DNA of 59,100 nt from Flavobacteriales bacterium (GTDB taxonomy: Bacteria; Bacteroidota; Bacteroidia; Flavobacteriales_F; PHOS-HE28): the NCBI GenBank assembly GCA_041745875.1, contig JBGTIB010000234.1, forward strand, positions 1 to 59,100, read 5' to 3'. Shown here piece after piece: positions 19,691 to 29,563 of this stretch. Every line of letters begins with the position of its first letter. Position 1 is the stretch's first letter. Below the pieces are notes generated by a model. That model saw only the letters and a program-made list of their open reading frames with translations. It did no database searches and was not told the origin of the DNA. The translations under genes were made by a program, and so were the position numbers.

Positions 19691-21409
19691 ATGTCCGTCC
19701 GGTCCAGTACGCTTCCCATCATCGGTCTGCTTGGCCTGCTCGTGGCGTGTTCCCCCACGCTGGAGCCACGCGAACGGGAAGGCAAGGGTGGGCGGTACTA
19801 TGGTGGGGTCCTGAACGCGAACGAGACGGAGGAGCTGCGGGGACTGTACCCATTGAGTCTTGCACAGGCTGCATCGCATCGGATCGCCGCCCAGGTGTAC
19901 GAAGGCTTGGTGGGTTTCGACCAGACCGACCTTTCGGTGCGACCTGCATTGGCGCGATCGTGGACCGTGGATGCAACGGGAACCATTTACACCTTCGATC
20001 TCCGTGAGGGTGTCTTCTTCCACGATGACCCGTGTTTTCCGGATGGTCAGGGCCGTGAACTGGTGGCCGAGGATGTACTCCATTGCTTCACCGCCTTGTG
20101 CACCCGCCATGAGTCGAACCAGATGTTCTGGCTTTTTCAGGACCGCGTGCTGGGTGCGAATGCGCACTACGGTGCCACCATGCGCGGAGAGGGTTCAGCG
20201 GGGGTGAAAGGACTTGAAGTGTTGGACAGGCATACCATACGCATCACCCTGACCACACCCTGGCCCGGGTTCCTATTTGTGCTGGCACACCCTGGATGTT
20301 GGATACACCCTCGCGAACTGCACGCGCACTATAAGGATAGGGCTGCCTGGCATCCTCTGGGTACCGGGCCGTTCAAACTGAAGAGTTTCGATCGCGGCAA
20401 GGCGCTCATTCTGGAACGGAACGCCTCGTATTGGGGAAAGGATGAACATGGGAACGAGCTTCCTTTCCTTGATGCGATCCGTTATACGTTCGTGACCGAC
20501 AAGGAACGGGAACTTGAGGAATTCGAGAAAGGTAATTTGAGCCTGATCTTTGAACTGCCGATCGGCCGGACCGGCGTGCTGGCCCAGTACGCAAAGGGGC
20601 AGTTCCAGATCCAGGATGTACCTGGGCTCACTGTACAATTCTATGGATTCAATACACGCAAGGCTCCATTCAACGACATCCGTGTCCGAAAGGCCTTTCT
20701 TTTGGCCTTGGATCGAAAGGTCCTGGTGGATAGCATACTTGATGGCTTGGCCGTACCCGCCGTACACGGTGTGGTCCCACCGGGTTTTTCGGATTATCCC
20801 TATTCGGATATCCCCACCCTAACCCACGATCCCGTCCGGGCGAAAGAACTACTGGCCGAGGCCGGCTATCCTGGAGGTGCGGGCTTACCCACGGTGTTCC
20901 TGCAAGTGAACAACGATGGCTTCGGATATGTACGCGTTGCCGCTGAAATGCAGGCGATGCTGGAACGTACCTTGGGCGCAAGGGTGGTGTCCTCGGTATT
21001 GCCGGCTGACCAGCACTTCGACCGGATCGAACGAGGAGAGGCCTCCTTCTGGCGGGAAGGCTGGATCGCCGATCATCCCGATCCGGAGAATTTCCTGGCG
21101 TTGTTCCATGGACGCAGTGTACCGGCGGACAGTACGGCACCTTCGTTCCTTAACAGTACCCGATATCGCAACGCCCGCTTCGATTCGTTGTTCACCCTGG
21201 CACAGCGCACCATGGACCCGGTGGTTCGAATGGGCTTGCTGGCACAGGCGGAACAGCAATTGATGGAGGATGCCGTGGTGATCCCGCTCTACCACGAACG
21301 ATCGGTCCGTCTCCTTCAACCGTGGGTGCGCGACCTGCCCATCAATGGCATGGAGTACCGCGACCTGAGGGAGGTATGGTTCGACCCTGCTGCCCGCAAT
21401 AAGCGTTGA
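19691..21409 (+). CDS. ABC transporter substrate-binding lipoprotein (family 5, peptide/nickel type)
   Basis: Lipobox LLVAC, YEGLV, PALARSW, YTFDLREGVFFHD, GTGPF, W.ADHPDPENFL. Confidence 0.92.
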   Translation: MSVRSSTLPIIGLLGLLVACSPTLEPREREGKGGRYYGGVLNANETEELRGLYPLSLAQAASHRIAAQVYEGLVGFDQTDLSVRPALARSWTVDATGTIYTFDLREGVFFHDDPCFPDGQGRELVAEDVLHCFTALCTRHESNQMFWLFQDRVLGANAHYGATMRGEGSAGVKGLEVLDRHTIRITLTTPWPGFLFVLAHPGCWIHPRELHAHYKDRAAWHPLGTGPFKLKSFDRGKALILERNASYWGKDEHGNELPFLDAIRYTFVTDKERELEEFEKGNLSLIFELPIGRTGVLAQYAKGQFQIQDVPGLTVQFYGFNTRKAPFNDIRVRKAFLLALDRKVLVDSILDGLAVPAVHGVVPPGFSDYPYSDIPTLTHDPVRAKELLAEAGYPGGAGLPTVFLQVNNDGFGYVRVAAEMQAMLERTLGARVVSSVLPADQHFDRIERGEASFWREGWIADHPDPENFLALFHGRSVPADSTAPSFLNSTRYRNARFDSLFTLAQRTMDPVVRMGLLAQAEQQLMEDAVVIPLYHERSVRLLQPWVRDLPINGMEYRDLREVWFDPAARNKR

Positions 21410-22141
21410 TCAAGTCCGCCCCATGATGTGTTCGTACACGAGTTGTTTGGCCAGCGGCATGAACGTTTCGATGTAGGGCAATCCATGCTCGGTCTCGAAC
21501 ACGAAGGTCGCAGGTGCGGGAAGACGGGGTTCCCGCTTGAGCAGGTCCGCCTTGATGCCCTCGTAGGTCCATGAGACGCTTACGGCGTACGAGGTGAAAT
21601 AGTGTGTTACGACGCTGCGGTATTGCTGGTCCTCCTGGTGCTCCCGGAAAAGGGGCATGGCATAGTTGTATACCCGGGCTTCACTGCCGTTGCGCAACAA
21701 CAGCCATCCCTCATGGGCCTGCAATGGTTGTATACCGACGGGTTCAAAGCGGATCTTTTCCGCGAACCGCCTCCGCAGATCGACCCCCTCCACCCACATG
21801 CGGTGCATGTCGGGCACTGCGATGTCGATCACTGAATCGATCACCGTGAGCAGTTCATCATCCACCGGTCGCTCGTACAGTGCATGGCCCGTGCGGGGGT
21901 CGAACCCCAACAGCTCCCCGTGCATATTGCGTTTCAGTTCCTCCTTCAGCGAGCGCATGCGCAGAAGTTCGTCCAAGTGCGAACGTAACTCTTCCAAATG
22001 CGGGTAGAGCTTGTGTTCCATGAACCTGTTCCTGACCTTTTGCAGATAGGCCAGCAACGTATAGTGTTTCAATTCCAGATCGATCGCCGGGCTGAACACC
22101 CAATCCTTCTTCAAGCCGTGGTTCGTCATCTCAGGATCCAT
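21410..22141 (-). CDS. Conserved hypothetical protein
   Basis: 243-aa ORF filling the gap; IDLELKHYTLLAYLQ..LYP N-terminus resembles a Bacteroidota family. Confidence 0.75.
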   Translation of the reverse strand: MDPEMTNHGLKKDWVFSPAIDLELKHYTLLAYLQKVRNRFMEHKLYPHLEELRSHLDELLRMRSLKEELKRNMHGELLGFDPRTGHALYERPVDDELLTVIDSVIDIAVPDMHRMWVEGVDLRRRFAEKIRFEPVGIQPLQAHEGWLLLRNGSEARVYNYAMPLFREHQEDQQYRSVVTHYFTSYAVSVSWTYEGIKADLLKREPRLPAPATFVFETEHGLPYIETFMPLAKQLVYEHIMGRT

Positions 22142-22232
22142 GTCGATGGAACGATGTGTTCAAAAAAAATGTTGCCGCAACCGCGTTCACGCCCCCATCG
22201 GGTATCACCTTTGAGGGGACTCCGCTAAAGTT

Positions 22233-23213
22233 ATGACGATGTCTTTGATCCTTCACCGCGCCTTGCCCTGTCTTATAGCCTCCTGGCTGTTGGTCTCCTG
22301 TGTACCTGCCCGTAAATACGAGGAGGAGAAAGCCCGCGCCCGTACCATGCAGGCCGAGGTCGAATCGGCCAACACACGTGCCCGTGACGCCCAGGCGGCC
22401 TACGATGAACTCAAAGCCACCGCTGATGAGGACCGCAAGCGTCTGACCAAACTACAGCAGGACACCACCGTACTGGGCACCTCCCTGCGGCAGATGACCG
22501 TGCAGTACGACAAGATCAATGCATTGAACAATGAACTTTTGGATAAGCACGGGCAACTATTGGCCGGGCAGGGGAGCGAGAACCGCAAGCTGCTCACCGA
22601 TCTGGAGGCCTTGCGACTGGACCTGATGAACAAGGAGGATTCGGTGAACGCTTTGGCGAAGCGGATGCAAGAGAAGGAGAGCCTGCTCCTTGACCGCGAG
22701 GCCAGGTTGGCGGAATTGCAGGACGAACTCGCTTCCAAGGATGCCGCCATGAAGAGCCTGAAGGACCGCGTGAGCGCGGCACTGACGGGATTTGAAGGGA
22801 AGGGTCTCACCGTGGAACAGCGTAATGGGCGTATTTACGTGAGCATGGACAACAAATTGCTGTTCCCCAGTGGGAGCTATGCCGTGGATTCGAAAGGCCG
22901 CGACATTATAGTCAAACTGGCCAAGGCCATTGAGAACGAAGCGGACCTGAACGTTCTGGTGGAAGGGCACACCGATACCGATAAGGTAACGGGTGCAGGT
23001 GCGGTGAAGGACAATTGGGACCTGAGCGTGATGCGGGCGACCAGTGTCGTACGCATCATTCAGGATAACAGCAAGATGGATCCGTTGCGCATCACGGCCG
23101 CCGGGCGTGGGGAATACGTGCCGGTGGATCCTGCTGACAAGGCGAAGAACCGACGCATCGAGATCATCCTTGCACCGGACCTCAAGGAGCTCATGAAGCT
23201 CGTCGGCGAATAG
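22233..23213 (+). CDS. OmpA/MotB C-terminal domain lipoprotein with coiled coil
   Basis: LVSC lipobox, LLFPSGS, VEGHTD, NWDLSVMRA, NRRIEIIL. Confidence 0.92.
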   Translation: MTMSLILHRALPCLIASWLLVSCVPARKYEEEKARARTMQAEVESANTRARDAQAAYDELKATADEDRKRLTKLQQDTTVLGTSLRQMTVQYDKINALNNELLDKHGQLLAGQGSENRKLLTDLEALRLDLMNKEDSVNALAKRMQEKESLLLDREARLAELQDELASKDAAMKSLKDRVSAALTGFEGKGLTVEQRNGRIYVSMDNKLLFPSGSYAVDSKGRDIIVKLAKAIENEADLNVLVEGHTDTDKVTGAGAVKDNWDLSVMRATSVVRIIQDNSKMDPLRITAAGRGEYVPVDPADKAKNRRIEIILAPDLKELMKLVGE

Positions 23214-23279
23214 ACCGCAGAGCGCACGGCGAACCAGGATATGGAGCCGGATGATTGGGATACCATGTGACCAACTCCG

Positions 23280-24059
23280 ATGCTGTACGTTCTCCTGATC
23301 CTTATTGCACTTGTGATATGGCGTCTGATCCATTTGCGCGCGATAAAGCGCAGAATGCCGGCGCCTCCCATGTCCGAAGCGTGGCGAGCGCTCCTATTGA
23401 GTAAGGTGCAATTCTATTCGCTGCTTGAGCCAGGGGACAAGCGCAAATTTGAAGCACGGGTCATGCGCTTCCTTGCCGATGTGCGGATCACAGGGGTCAG
23501 CACCGAGATCACGGACCAGGATAGCTTGTTGGTGGCGGCGAGTGCGGTGATCCCCATTTTCGGCTTTCCGGAATGGCATTACCGCGGCTTGCGCGAGGTG
23601 CTCCTGTATCCATCAGCGTTCAACGAACACTATGCGATCACCGGTGCTGGTCGTGACCGGCTCGGACAAGTAGGCAGCGGCACCATGGGAGGCAAGATGA
23701 TCCTGTCCCGACCCGCCCTGGAACAAGGCTTTTCCAACGAAACGAGCAAGACCCATGTGGGCATCCACGAGTTCGTCCACCTTCTGGACAAGGCCGATGG
23801 TCTGGTGGACGGCCTGCCTGAAGCGCTGTTGGAGCGGCAGTATGCGCTTCCCTGGATGAAGTTGATGCAGGAAAAGATCAAGGGCATCAACACGGGCAAG
23901 TCGGACATCAATCCCTATGGCGGTACCGAGGAGGCGGAGTTCTTTCCCGTGGCCAGCGAGTACTTCTTCAAGCGCCCCAAACTGTTGAAGCGCAAGCATC
24001 CCCGGCTCTACGCCAAGCTGGAGCGCATCTTCAAACAGGATCCTGCAGGCTTTGCCTAA
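23280..24059 (+). CDS. M90 (MtfA-like) zinc peptidase
   Basis: EVLLYP, HEFVHLLD, PYGGTEEAEFFPVASEYFF. Confidence 0.88.
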   Translation: MLYVLLILIALVIWRLIHLRAIKRRMPAPPMSEAWRALLLSKVQFYSLLEPGDKRKFEARVMRFLADVRITGVSTEITDQDSLLVAASAVIPIFGFPEWHYRGLREVLLYPSAFNEHYAITGAGRDRLGQVGSGTMGGKMILSRPALEQGFSNETSKTHVGIHEFVHLLDKADGLVDGLPEALLERQYALPWMKLMQEKIKGINTGKSDINPYGGTEEAEFFPVASEYFFKRPKLLKRKHPRLYAKLERIFKQDPAGFA

Positions 24060-24064
24060 GGGGG

Positions 24065-24940
24065 TCAGTGCTTGTGGCCCGGCTCCCAGATGAGGCGGGT
24101 GAACATGCTGAAGCGCTCGTTCTCCCGGTCAACAGGAATGCCCGTAACAATGCCTACCAACAGGTTCTCGGCAATGCTCACGCGCATCTGCGGCCTGATG
24201 GTACCATCAAAATCATTGCCCTCGAATTGTTTGTTGAACTCCACACCGATGAAATTGCGTGTGCCGGGGATCATGTAATGGAGGTTCGAGTTCACCTCAT
24301 ACCGGCTATGGATATGACCCGTGGCAAAGACTTGTTCGATCCTTGGCCCCGTGTAGATCAATGTATGCCAATTGCTGCCCCAGCGTTTGGCGGCGATCAG
24401 GAAGGGGTTGTACACATTGCCGGTCACCAGCGGATCCCCAAAGCGATCGAACGAGGATAGTTCGAATTCGTTGATGTAGCCTAATGCCAGAGAGGTTGCA
24501 CGTCGCTCGCTCACCAGGAAGGTCCACTGGGCCGCCAGTTTCAGGCTTTCCATGCGATCGGAGGGGCGCAGATCAGCCGCTCCATTGCGCGCTTGCCCAT
24601 AGAATATGAAAGGTGTTTCGATCTCCAGTCCGAACCGGTCGGCAACTGCCCACTCGTATTCCAGGAGCATCTCGTAGCTGTCGTAGTCGAGATTGTCCGT
24701 AAGCCCCACGCCCAGGTTCCACTCCTTTTCACCCTTGCGCGCGCCCAGGTCGCGGATCAGGTCGATGTAGAGCGGTTCGGCGTGCAGCACTTTGGGGCGC
24801 TGGCCCTCCTGTTGTTCCACTTCTGTAATGAACAGGCTGTCCAAGCGTACGTTCCGTTCATTGCGCGTGCTGTCGGGTTCCTGGGCACTCGAGACAGCGG
24901 CGAAAAGTAAGGCCAGGAAGAACAGCGCTGAGCGGGACAT
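24065..24940 (-). CDS. HAEPLYID family outer-membrane protein
   Basis: Literal HAEPLYIDLIRDLGA motif; signal peptide ending SSA-Q. Confidence 0.88.
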   Translation of the reverse strand: MSRSALFFLALLFAAVSSAQEPDSTRNERNVRLDSLFITEVEQQEGQRPKVLHAEPLYIDLIRDLGARKGEKEWNLGVGLTDNLDYDSYEMLLEYEWAVADRFGLEIETPFIFYGQARNGAADLRPSDRMESLKLAAQWTFLVSERRATSLALGYINEFELSSFDRFGDPLVTGNVYNPFLIAAKRWGSNWHTLIYTGPRIEQVFATGHIHSRYEVNSNLHYMIPGTRNFIGVEFNKQFEGNDFDGTIRPQMRVSIAENLLVGIVTGIPVDRENERFSMFTRLIWEPGHKH

Positions 24941-25105
24941 CGATGCGTGTTGTACGGTACGGTCGCGCAAAACTGGTCATAACGACAGGGGTAGGCCACC
25001 CGTGTACGGGTCTTTTGAGAAATGTTAACGTTCCGATGATCGAACGAATCCATCATTGGAGCGTGCGCTACATTACGGCGGCCAAAGGAAGGCAGTAGAT
25101 CGATC

Positions 25106-26233
25106 ATGCGGAACCAACTCACCGCCCTATGCGCTTGTTGCATGCTCATGCTCTCCGGCTGCACCGTGGGCCGTTTCTTCATCTACAACTTCGCTGATAC
25201 CAAGGACCATAAGAAGTTCCCGTCACGACCACTGCCACCGTCGGCCACCCCTGCACCCTATGCAGTGGCCCCCCTCGAGTTCGGCCCCAAGAAGATCACC
25301 TACCAGGAAGAGGAGCAACCGTTCGAAGACTTCCTGAAGGAGCACAAGACGGTCGCGTTCCTTGTGATCCATCGCGACACGATCAAGTACGAGCGCTACT
25401 TCAAAGGCTACGATCAAGCGCGGATCCATACTTCGTTCTCCATGGCCAAGTCGGTGGTGAGCATGCTAATCGGTTGCGCCATAGCCGATGGTTTCATCAC
25501 GAGCGTGGACCAGCCCGTGACCGACTTCATGCCGGAGATGCGGAAGAACGGCTGGGACAAAGTGACGCTGGAGCACGTGCTGCAAATGACCAGCGGCATG
25601 GACTTCAACGAGAGTTATGTGAACCCCTTCGGAACCGCTGCCAAGTTCTACTACGGCCGCCGGCTGTATGCCAACACGGAACGCTTGAAGCTGAAGCGCG
25701 CACCTGGTGAGCGCTTCGAATACGTGAGCGGGAACACGCAAATGCTCGGCTCGATCCTGCAGCAAGCATTGCGTGCAAAAGGCGATCAACGCACGGTGAC
25801 GCAGTACCTCAACGACAAACTTTGGCAGCCGTTGGGCATGGAGTATTACTCCTCATGGAGCATCGACCGTAAGAACAATGGCGTTGAGAAAGCCTTCTGC
25901 TGCATCAATGCACCGGCCCGTGACTTCGCGAAGCTAGGTTCGCTCTACTTGCATGGTGGTAGATGGCAGGGTCACCAGCTGGTACCGTCCGAGTGGGTGG
26001 AGCGCAGCACGCGCGAGGACACCACGAACGGCAGCGCGCAACGTTACCAATACCAGTGGTGGTTGCCCTCCGGCGATGGTGACTACATGGCCCAAGGGAT
26101 CCTCGGCCAGTTCGTCTACGTAGATCCTTCCCGTGATCTGGTGATCGTGCGCCTGGGCACCAAGTATGGCGGAGTGGGCTGGCCGAACATCTTTCGGACC
26201 GTGGCCAGGTTGTACGAGGTGACCGAACGCTAG
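25106..26233 (+). CDS. Serine hydrolase, beta-lactamase-related lipoprotein
   Basis: SFSMAKS (SxxK), LQMTSG, FEYVS, LWQPLGM, GQFVYVDP. Confidence 0.9.
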   Translation: MRNQLTALCACCMLMLSGCTVGRFFIYNFADTKDHKKFPSRPLPPSATPAPYAVAPLEFGPKKITYQEEEQPFEDFLKEHKTVAFLVIHRDTIKYERYFKGYDQARIHTSFSMAKSVVSMLIGCAIADGFITSVDQPVTDFMPEMRKNGWDKVTLEHVLQMTSGMDFNESYVNPFGTAAKFYYGRRLYANTERLKLKRAPGERFEYVSGNTQMLGSILQQALRAKGDQRTVTQYLNDKLWQPLGMEYYSSWSIDRKNNGVEKAFCCINAPARDFAKLGSLYLHGGRWQGHQLVPSEWVERSTREDTTNGSAQRYQYQWWLPSGDGDYMAQGILGQFVYVDPSRDLVIVRLGTKYGGVGWPNIFRTVARLYEVTER

Positions 26234-26865
26234 CGCCCGGGATGCCAGATGTCCTTGGGCACAGGACCACCCATATTCTCTTCCAATAACATCAGCAGGA
26301 AGGCGTTCCCTTCCTCACCGCTGCTGGCGGACATGTGCTGGAAAGCCATGCGAGACAGGTCGAACAGCGAGGTAAGGTCGATCTTCCAAGTGCCATTCTC
26401 GCGTTGGAAACTGAAGCTGGCCGGGGTGGGGAAGCCATGCATCTTGAGCGGGGCTTTGGCCTTGTCCCCGTCCACGCTGATCGTGCCGAGTTCCAGTCCT
26501 TCCGGCCCTTCGTTGGCCATGAGGCCATCACTCACCGAGTGGGCCACAGCTTCTTTGACGCTCATGGACCGCAATGCCTCAGGCGTGTTCTGCATGCGCA
26601 TGGCCAGCACGGTCAGCTTGTCCATGGGGTCCAGGCCGCTCACGGTGATGCTGTCCCCTGTGCGGGCCAGTTCCAGCATGCGGTCGAAATGGGCCAGGGT
26701 GTTGCTGTCCACCAGCTCCGCGGCCTTGGCACCTTCGCCAGCTTTCAGGGCGGCGAAATAAGTATCGTAGCAGACCCGGATGTCCGCCACATCGTCCTTG
26801 GGGCCGCTATCCGAACAAGCCACGAAAAGGAAGGGGAGGGTCAAGAGTTGAACGGAACGTTTCAT
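26230..26865 (-). CDS. Hypothetical lipoprotein
   Basis: LFVAC lipobox; NTF2-like C-terminus FQRENGTWKID. Confidence 0.75.
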   Translation of the reverse strand: MKRSVQLLTLPFLFVACSDSGPKDDVADIRVCYDTYFAALKAGEGAKAAELVDSNTLAHFDRMLELARTGDSITVSGLDPMDKLTVLAMRMQNTPEALRSMSVKEAVAHSVSDGLMANEGPEGLELGTISVDGDKAKAPLKMHGFPTPASFSFQRENGTWKIDLTSLFDLSRMAFQHMSASSGEEGNAFLLMLLEENMGGPVPKDIWHPGR

Positions 26866-26906
26866 GGCCGCAAGATAGCGGCGCACCGGGCACCTACCTT
26901 GGCCAC

Positions 26907-28079
26907 ATGGACAAGGTGGCGATCATCGGTGGCGGGCCCGCTGGCTTGATGGCAGCCTACGTGCTCGCCGATCGGGTTGAGGTGGATCTGTATGAAGCGG
27001 GTCGTACGGTGGGGCGCAAATTCCTTGTGGCTGGCGAGGGAGGATTGAACATCACCAACAGTGCGCAGGGGGAATCGCTGGTGGCCCACTATTCACCGAT
27101 CGAAGTTTTGGAACCCGCATTGTCAGCCTTCGGTCCGGAAGAACTGCGTCATTGGTTGACGGAGTTGAGCATCCCAAGCTTCGTTGGCAGCAGCGGCAGG
27201 GTTTTCCCGGAACGGGGTATCAAACCCGCCGAGGTCCTCAAAGCCATCACTTCGGCACTGGTGGCCAAGGGCGTACGCATCCACACCGAGCATCGCTTCG
27301 TGGGTTTCGATGAACAGTTACGGCCAATCGTTCAGCATGCGGACGTACGCCTCGTCATCGACGCGGTGCGCGTGCTCTTCGCCTTGGGCGGGGCATCCTG
27401 GTCAAAGACAGGCTCCACGGGCGAATGGGTGGAACACTTCGAAGCCATCGGCGTGCGGACGATCCCATTTCGGTCCAGCAACTGCGGGGTGGAGGTCGAT
27501 CTGCCCCAAGCCATGAAGATCCATGCAGGCAAGCCGCTGAAGAACATCGCTGTGCGTAGCGGTGAGCGTTCCGTGCGTGGTGAAGCGACCATCACCGAAC
27601 ATGGGCTGGAGGGCAACGCCATCTACCCGCTTGTTCCGGTCATTCGCGCTGGCTTGGAGGCTGATGGAAAATCCGAGGTGATCATCGACCTGAAGCCGGA
27701 CCTGAGCGAAGAGCAGATCGAGAAGAAACTTCAGGATACCGCGTGGAAGGAGCGTGCAGCCGCGCTTCGATTGAACCGACCTTCCGTCGCTCTGTTGAAG
27801 GCCTTCACACCGATGATGCGCTACATCGATGGCAGCACCATGGCGCAAGACGTGAAGCAGGTGCGCATTCCTGTTCGTTCGCTGCGCCCCATCGATGAGG
27901 CGATCAGTTCGGTGGGCGGCATCGCGCTGGAAGAGATATCCGCCGACCTGTCGCTGAAGAAGCACCCACATTTTTTTGTTGCAGGCGAAATGTTGGACTG
28001 GGATGCACCCACGGGTGGATTCCTACTGCAAGGAGCGTTCAGCTCAGGTCGCTGGGCGGCAATGGGCATGGTGCGTTAG
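26907..28079 (+). CDS. HI0933/BaiN-family flavoprotein
   Basis: IIGGGPAG, GRKFLVAGEGGLNIT, GRVFP, AGEMLDWDAPTGGFLLQ. Confidence 0.92.
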   Translation: MDKVAIIGGGPAGLMAAYVLADRVEVDLYEAGRTVGRKFLVAGEGGLNITNSAQGESLVAHYSPIEVLEPALSAFGPEELRHWLTELSIPSFVGSSGRVFPERGIKPAEVLKAITSALVAKGVRIHTEHRFVGFDEQLRPIVQHADVRLVIDAVRVLFALGGASWSKTGSTGEWVEHFEAIGVRTIPFRSSNCGVEVDLPQAMKIHAGKPLKNIAVRSGERSVRGEATITEHGLEGNAIYPLVPVIRAGLEADGKSEVIIDLKPDLSEEQIEKKLQDTAWKERAAALRLNRPSVALLKAFTPMMRYIDGSTMAQDVKQVRIPVRSLRPIDEAISSVGGIALEEISADLSLKKHPHFFVAGEMLDWDAPTGGFLLQGAFSSGRWAAMGMVR

Positions 28080-28084
28080 GCTAC

Positions 28085-28699
28085 CTATTCGCCTTCCAAC
28101 TCAGCAATGCGCAGGCGAAGAGCTTCTTCTTGAGCGCCGAAGGCAAGGCGGTACATCCAGCGGGTCACCACCCAGCAAAGGGGGGTTAGGATCACTACGG
28201 AGATCAGGAGCAACCAGATCATTCCTGGCTTGGTCATCAGCTCGGCCACTGTCCCGCCGCTGCCGGCCAGGCCACCCAGCACAAAGCCACCAGCGGCACT
28301 GAACGGGTAAACAAGAAGCCCCGAACGCTGTCCAACCTGCACCCAACGCCGCAAGGCCGATAGGTGTCGCTTGAGTTCGTGGAGCACGTTGTTCTCTGCG
28401 CTGATCCCAATTGGAATGGAGGCGCGCAGTTTCCAAGTATCCCATGCGCTCCAAACACAGAACAGCACGGGTACACTGAGACACAGTCGCACGGTCAGGG
28501 AAGGGGTGGAAAGAAGCAGCGCAAGCATGGCGATACCCATGATGACGGCCCAGGCAAGATTGATCGCAAGGTTCTTCCGCAGTGTTGCCAAGGGGTCGCG
28601 AGGGCCGTTGCCTTGCAGTTGCGCCGTTCTGAGCATCGCTCGCAGCGCCGGGTCATCCGGGAGTGGGGCGTTCCACGCGTGTTGAAGTTCCATGGTCAA
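28085..28699 (-). CDS. Membrane protein, probable anti-sigma partner
   Basis: About 4 TM segments; ELQHAW N-terminus; overlaps the ECF sigma stop. Confidence 0.65.
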   Translation of the reverse strand: MTMELQHAWNAPLPDDPALRAMLRTAQLQGNGPRDPLATLRKNLAINLAWAVIMGIAMLALLLSTPSLTVRLCLSVPVLFCVWSAWDTWKLRASIPIGISAENNVLHELKRHLSALRRWVQVGQRSGLLVYPFSAAGGFVLGGLAGSGGTVAELMTKPGMIWLLLISVVILTPLCWVVTRWMYRLAFGAQEEALRLRIAELEGE

Positions 28700-29172
28700 T
28701 GAGGTTTCAATAGTTCCGACAGTCGTTGTTTGATACGGTGCAGCTTCACAGCGAAGTGGTTGGCACTTATGCCAAGCACCTCGGCAGCCTCCTGGTTCGT
28801 GAAACCTTCGAGGTGTAGTCCCACGAGTGCCCTATCCGTTTCGGGAAGCGTGCGGATCGCGGTGTAGAGCCGCTCGCGATCGTCCTGAACGTGGCGGTCA
28901 TCGACCTTGGGTGCCACACGTTCCAGGTCCGGCACCCGGTCCACCGGCCGGTCACGTCGTCGTTGAGTGAGTATGGTATTCAGGCAGATGCGATACAGCC
29001 AGGTGCTGAACTTGGCTTCACCCCGGAACGCGGGCCAGGCTTTCCATGCATTGAGCAGGCTCTCCTGCATCAGGTCCTGCCGCTCGGCTTCGTCGCGCGC
29101 ATACAACAGCACCAACTTGCGTACGATGCACTGGTCCGCCTCGATGCGTGCTGTGAACTCCGCCTGGCTCAA
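28696..29172 (-). CDS. ECF RNA polymerase sigma factor
   Basis: DLMQE, FRGEAKFSTWLYRICLN, region 4 EAAEVLGIS..VKLHRIK. Confidence 0.93.
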   Translation of the reverse strand: MSQAEFTARIEADQCIVRKLVLLYARDEAERQDLMQESLLNAWKAWPAFRGEAKFSTWLYRICLNTILTQRRRDRPVDRVPDLERVAPKVDDRHVQDDRERLYTAIRTLPETDRALVGLHLEGFTNQEAAEVLGISANHFAVKLHRIKQRLSELLKPH

Positions 29173-29194
29173 AGCGACGTAGCTCGGTGGTGGA

Positions 29195-29458
29195 TCATTG
29201 GGCGATGACGTAGCCCAGCGCAGCAGCGCTCAAGCCAAGGTGTGCGATCAGCCAGGCGCGTTGCCAGCGGGGTCGTTCGTTCCAAGGCTGGCTATGGTCG
29301 AAGGGATCGAACACCAATGCCAGGGCCATGAACATGGGTCCTTGTGTGGCGTCGCTTCCAATGAAGGTGAAGGCGATGCCCGCCAGTGTGAATACGCCAT
29401 AGCCCCATTTGTTCCACTTGGTGCTGGCCTGTTCTTGTTCCTGCGTGCAGCTTTCCAT
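29195..29458 (-). CDS. Small membrane protein
   Basis: 87 aa, three hydrophobic segments, LALVFDPFD..PW..RP.WQ; co-oriented with the sigma gene. Confidence 0.65.
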   Translation of the reverse strand: MESCTQEQEQASTKWNKWGYGVFTLAGIAFTFIGSDATQGPMFMALALVFDPFDHSQPWNERPRWQRAWLIAHLGLSAAALGYVIAQ

Positions 29459-29563
29459 GGTCGATGTGTTTGTCCATAGGTCGCACCAGGGTGCCCGATC
29501 ATTACAACCCCACAAATAAATTGTTGTTCGCAAAGCCTGGGCAGCCCTAGATCGATGGCGCGA

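Noticed and set aside
25106-26233. Antibiotic-resistance beta-lactamase
   Set aside because: SxxK hydrolase of the broad esterase/amidase group; the sequence does not support a true AmpC call.
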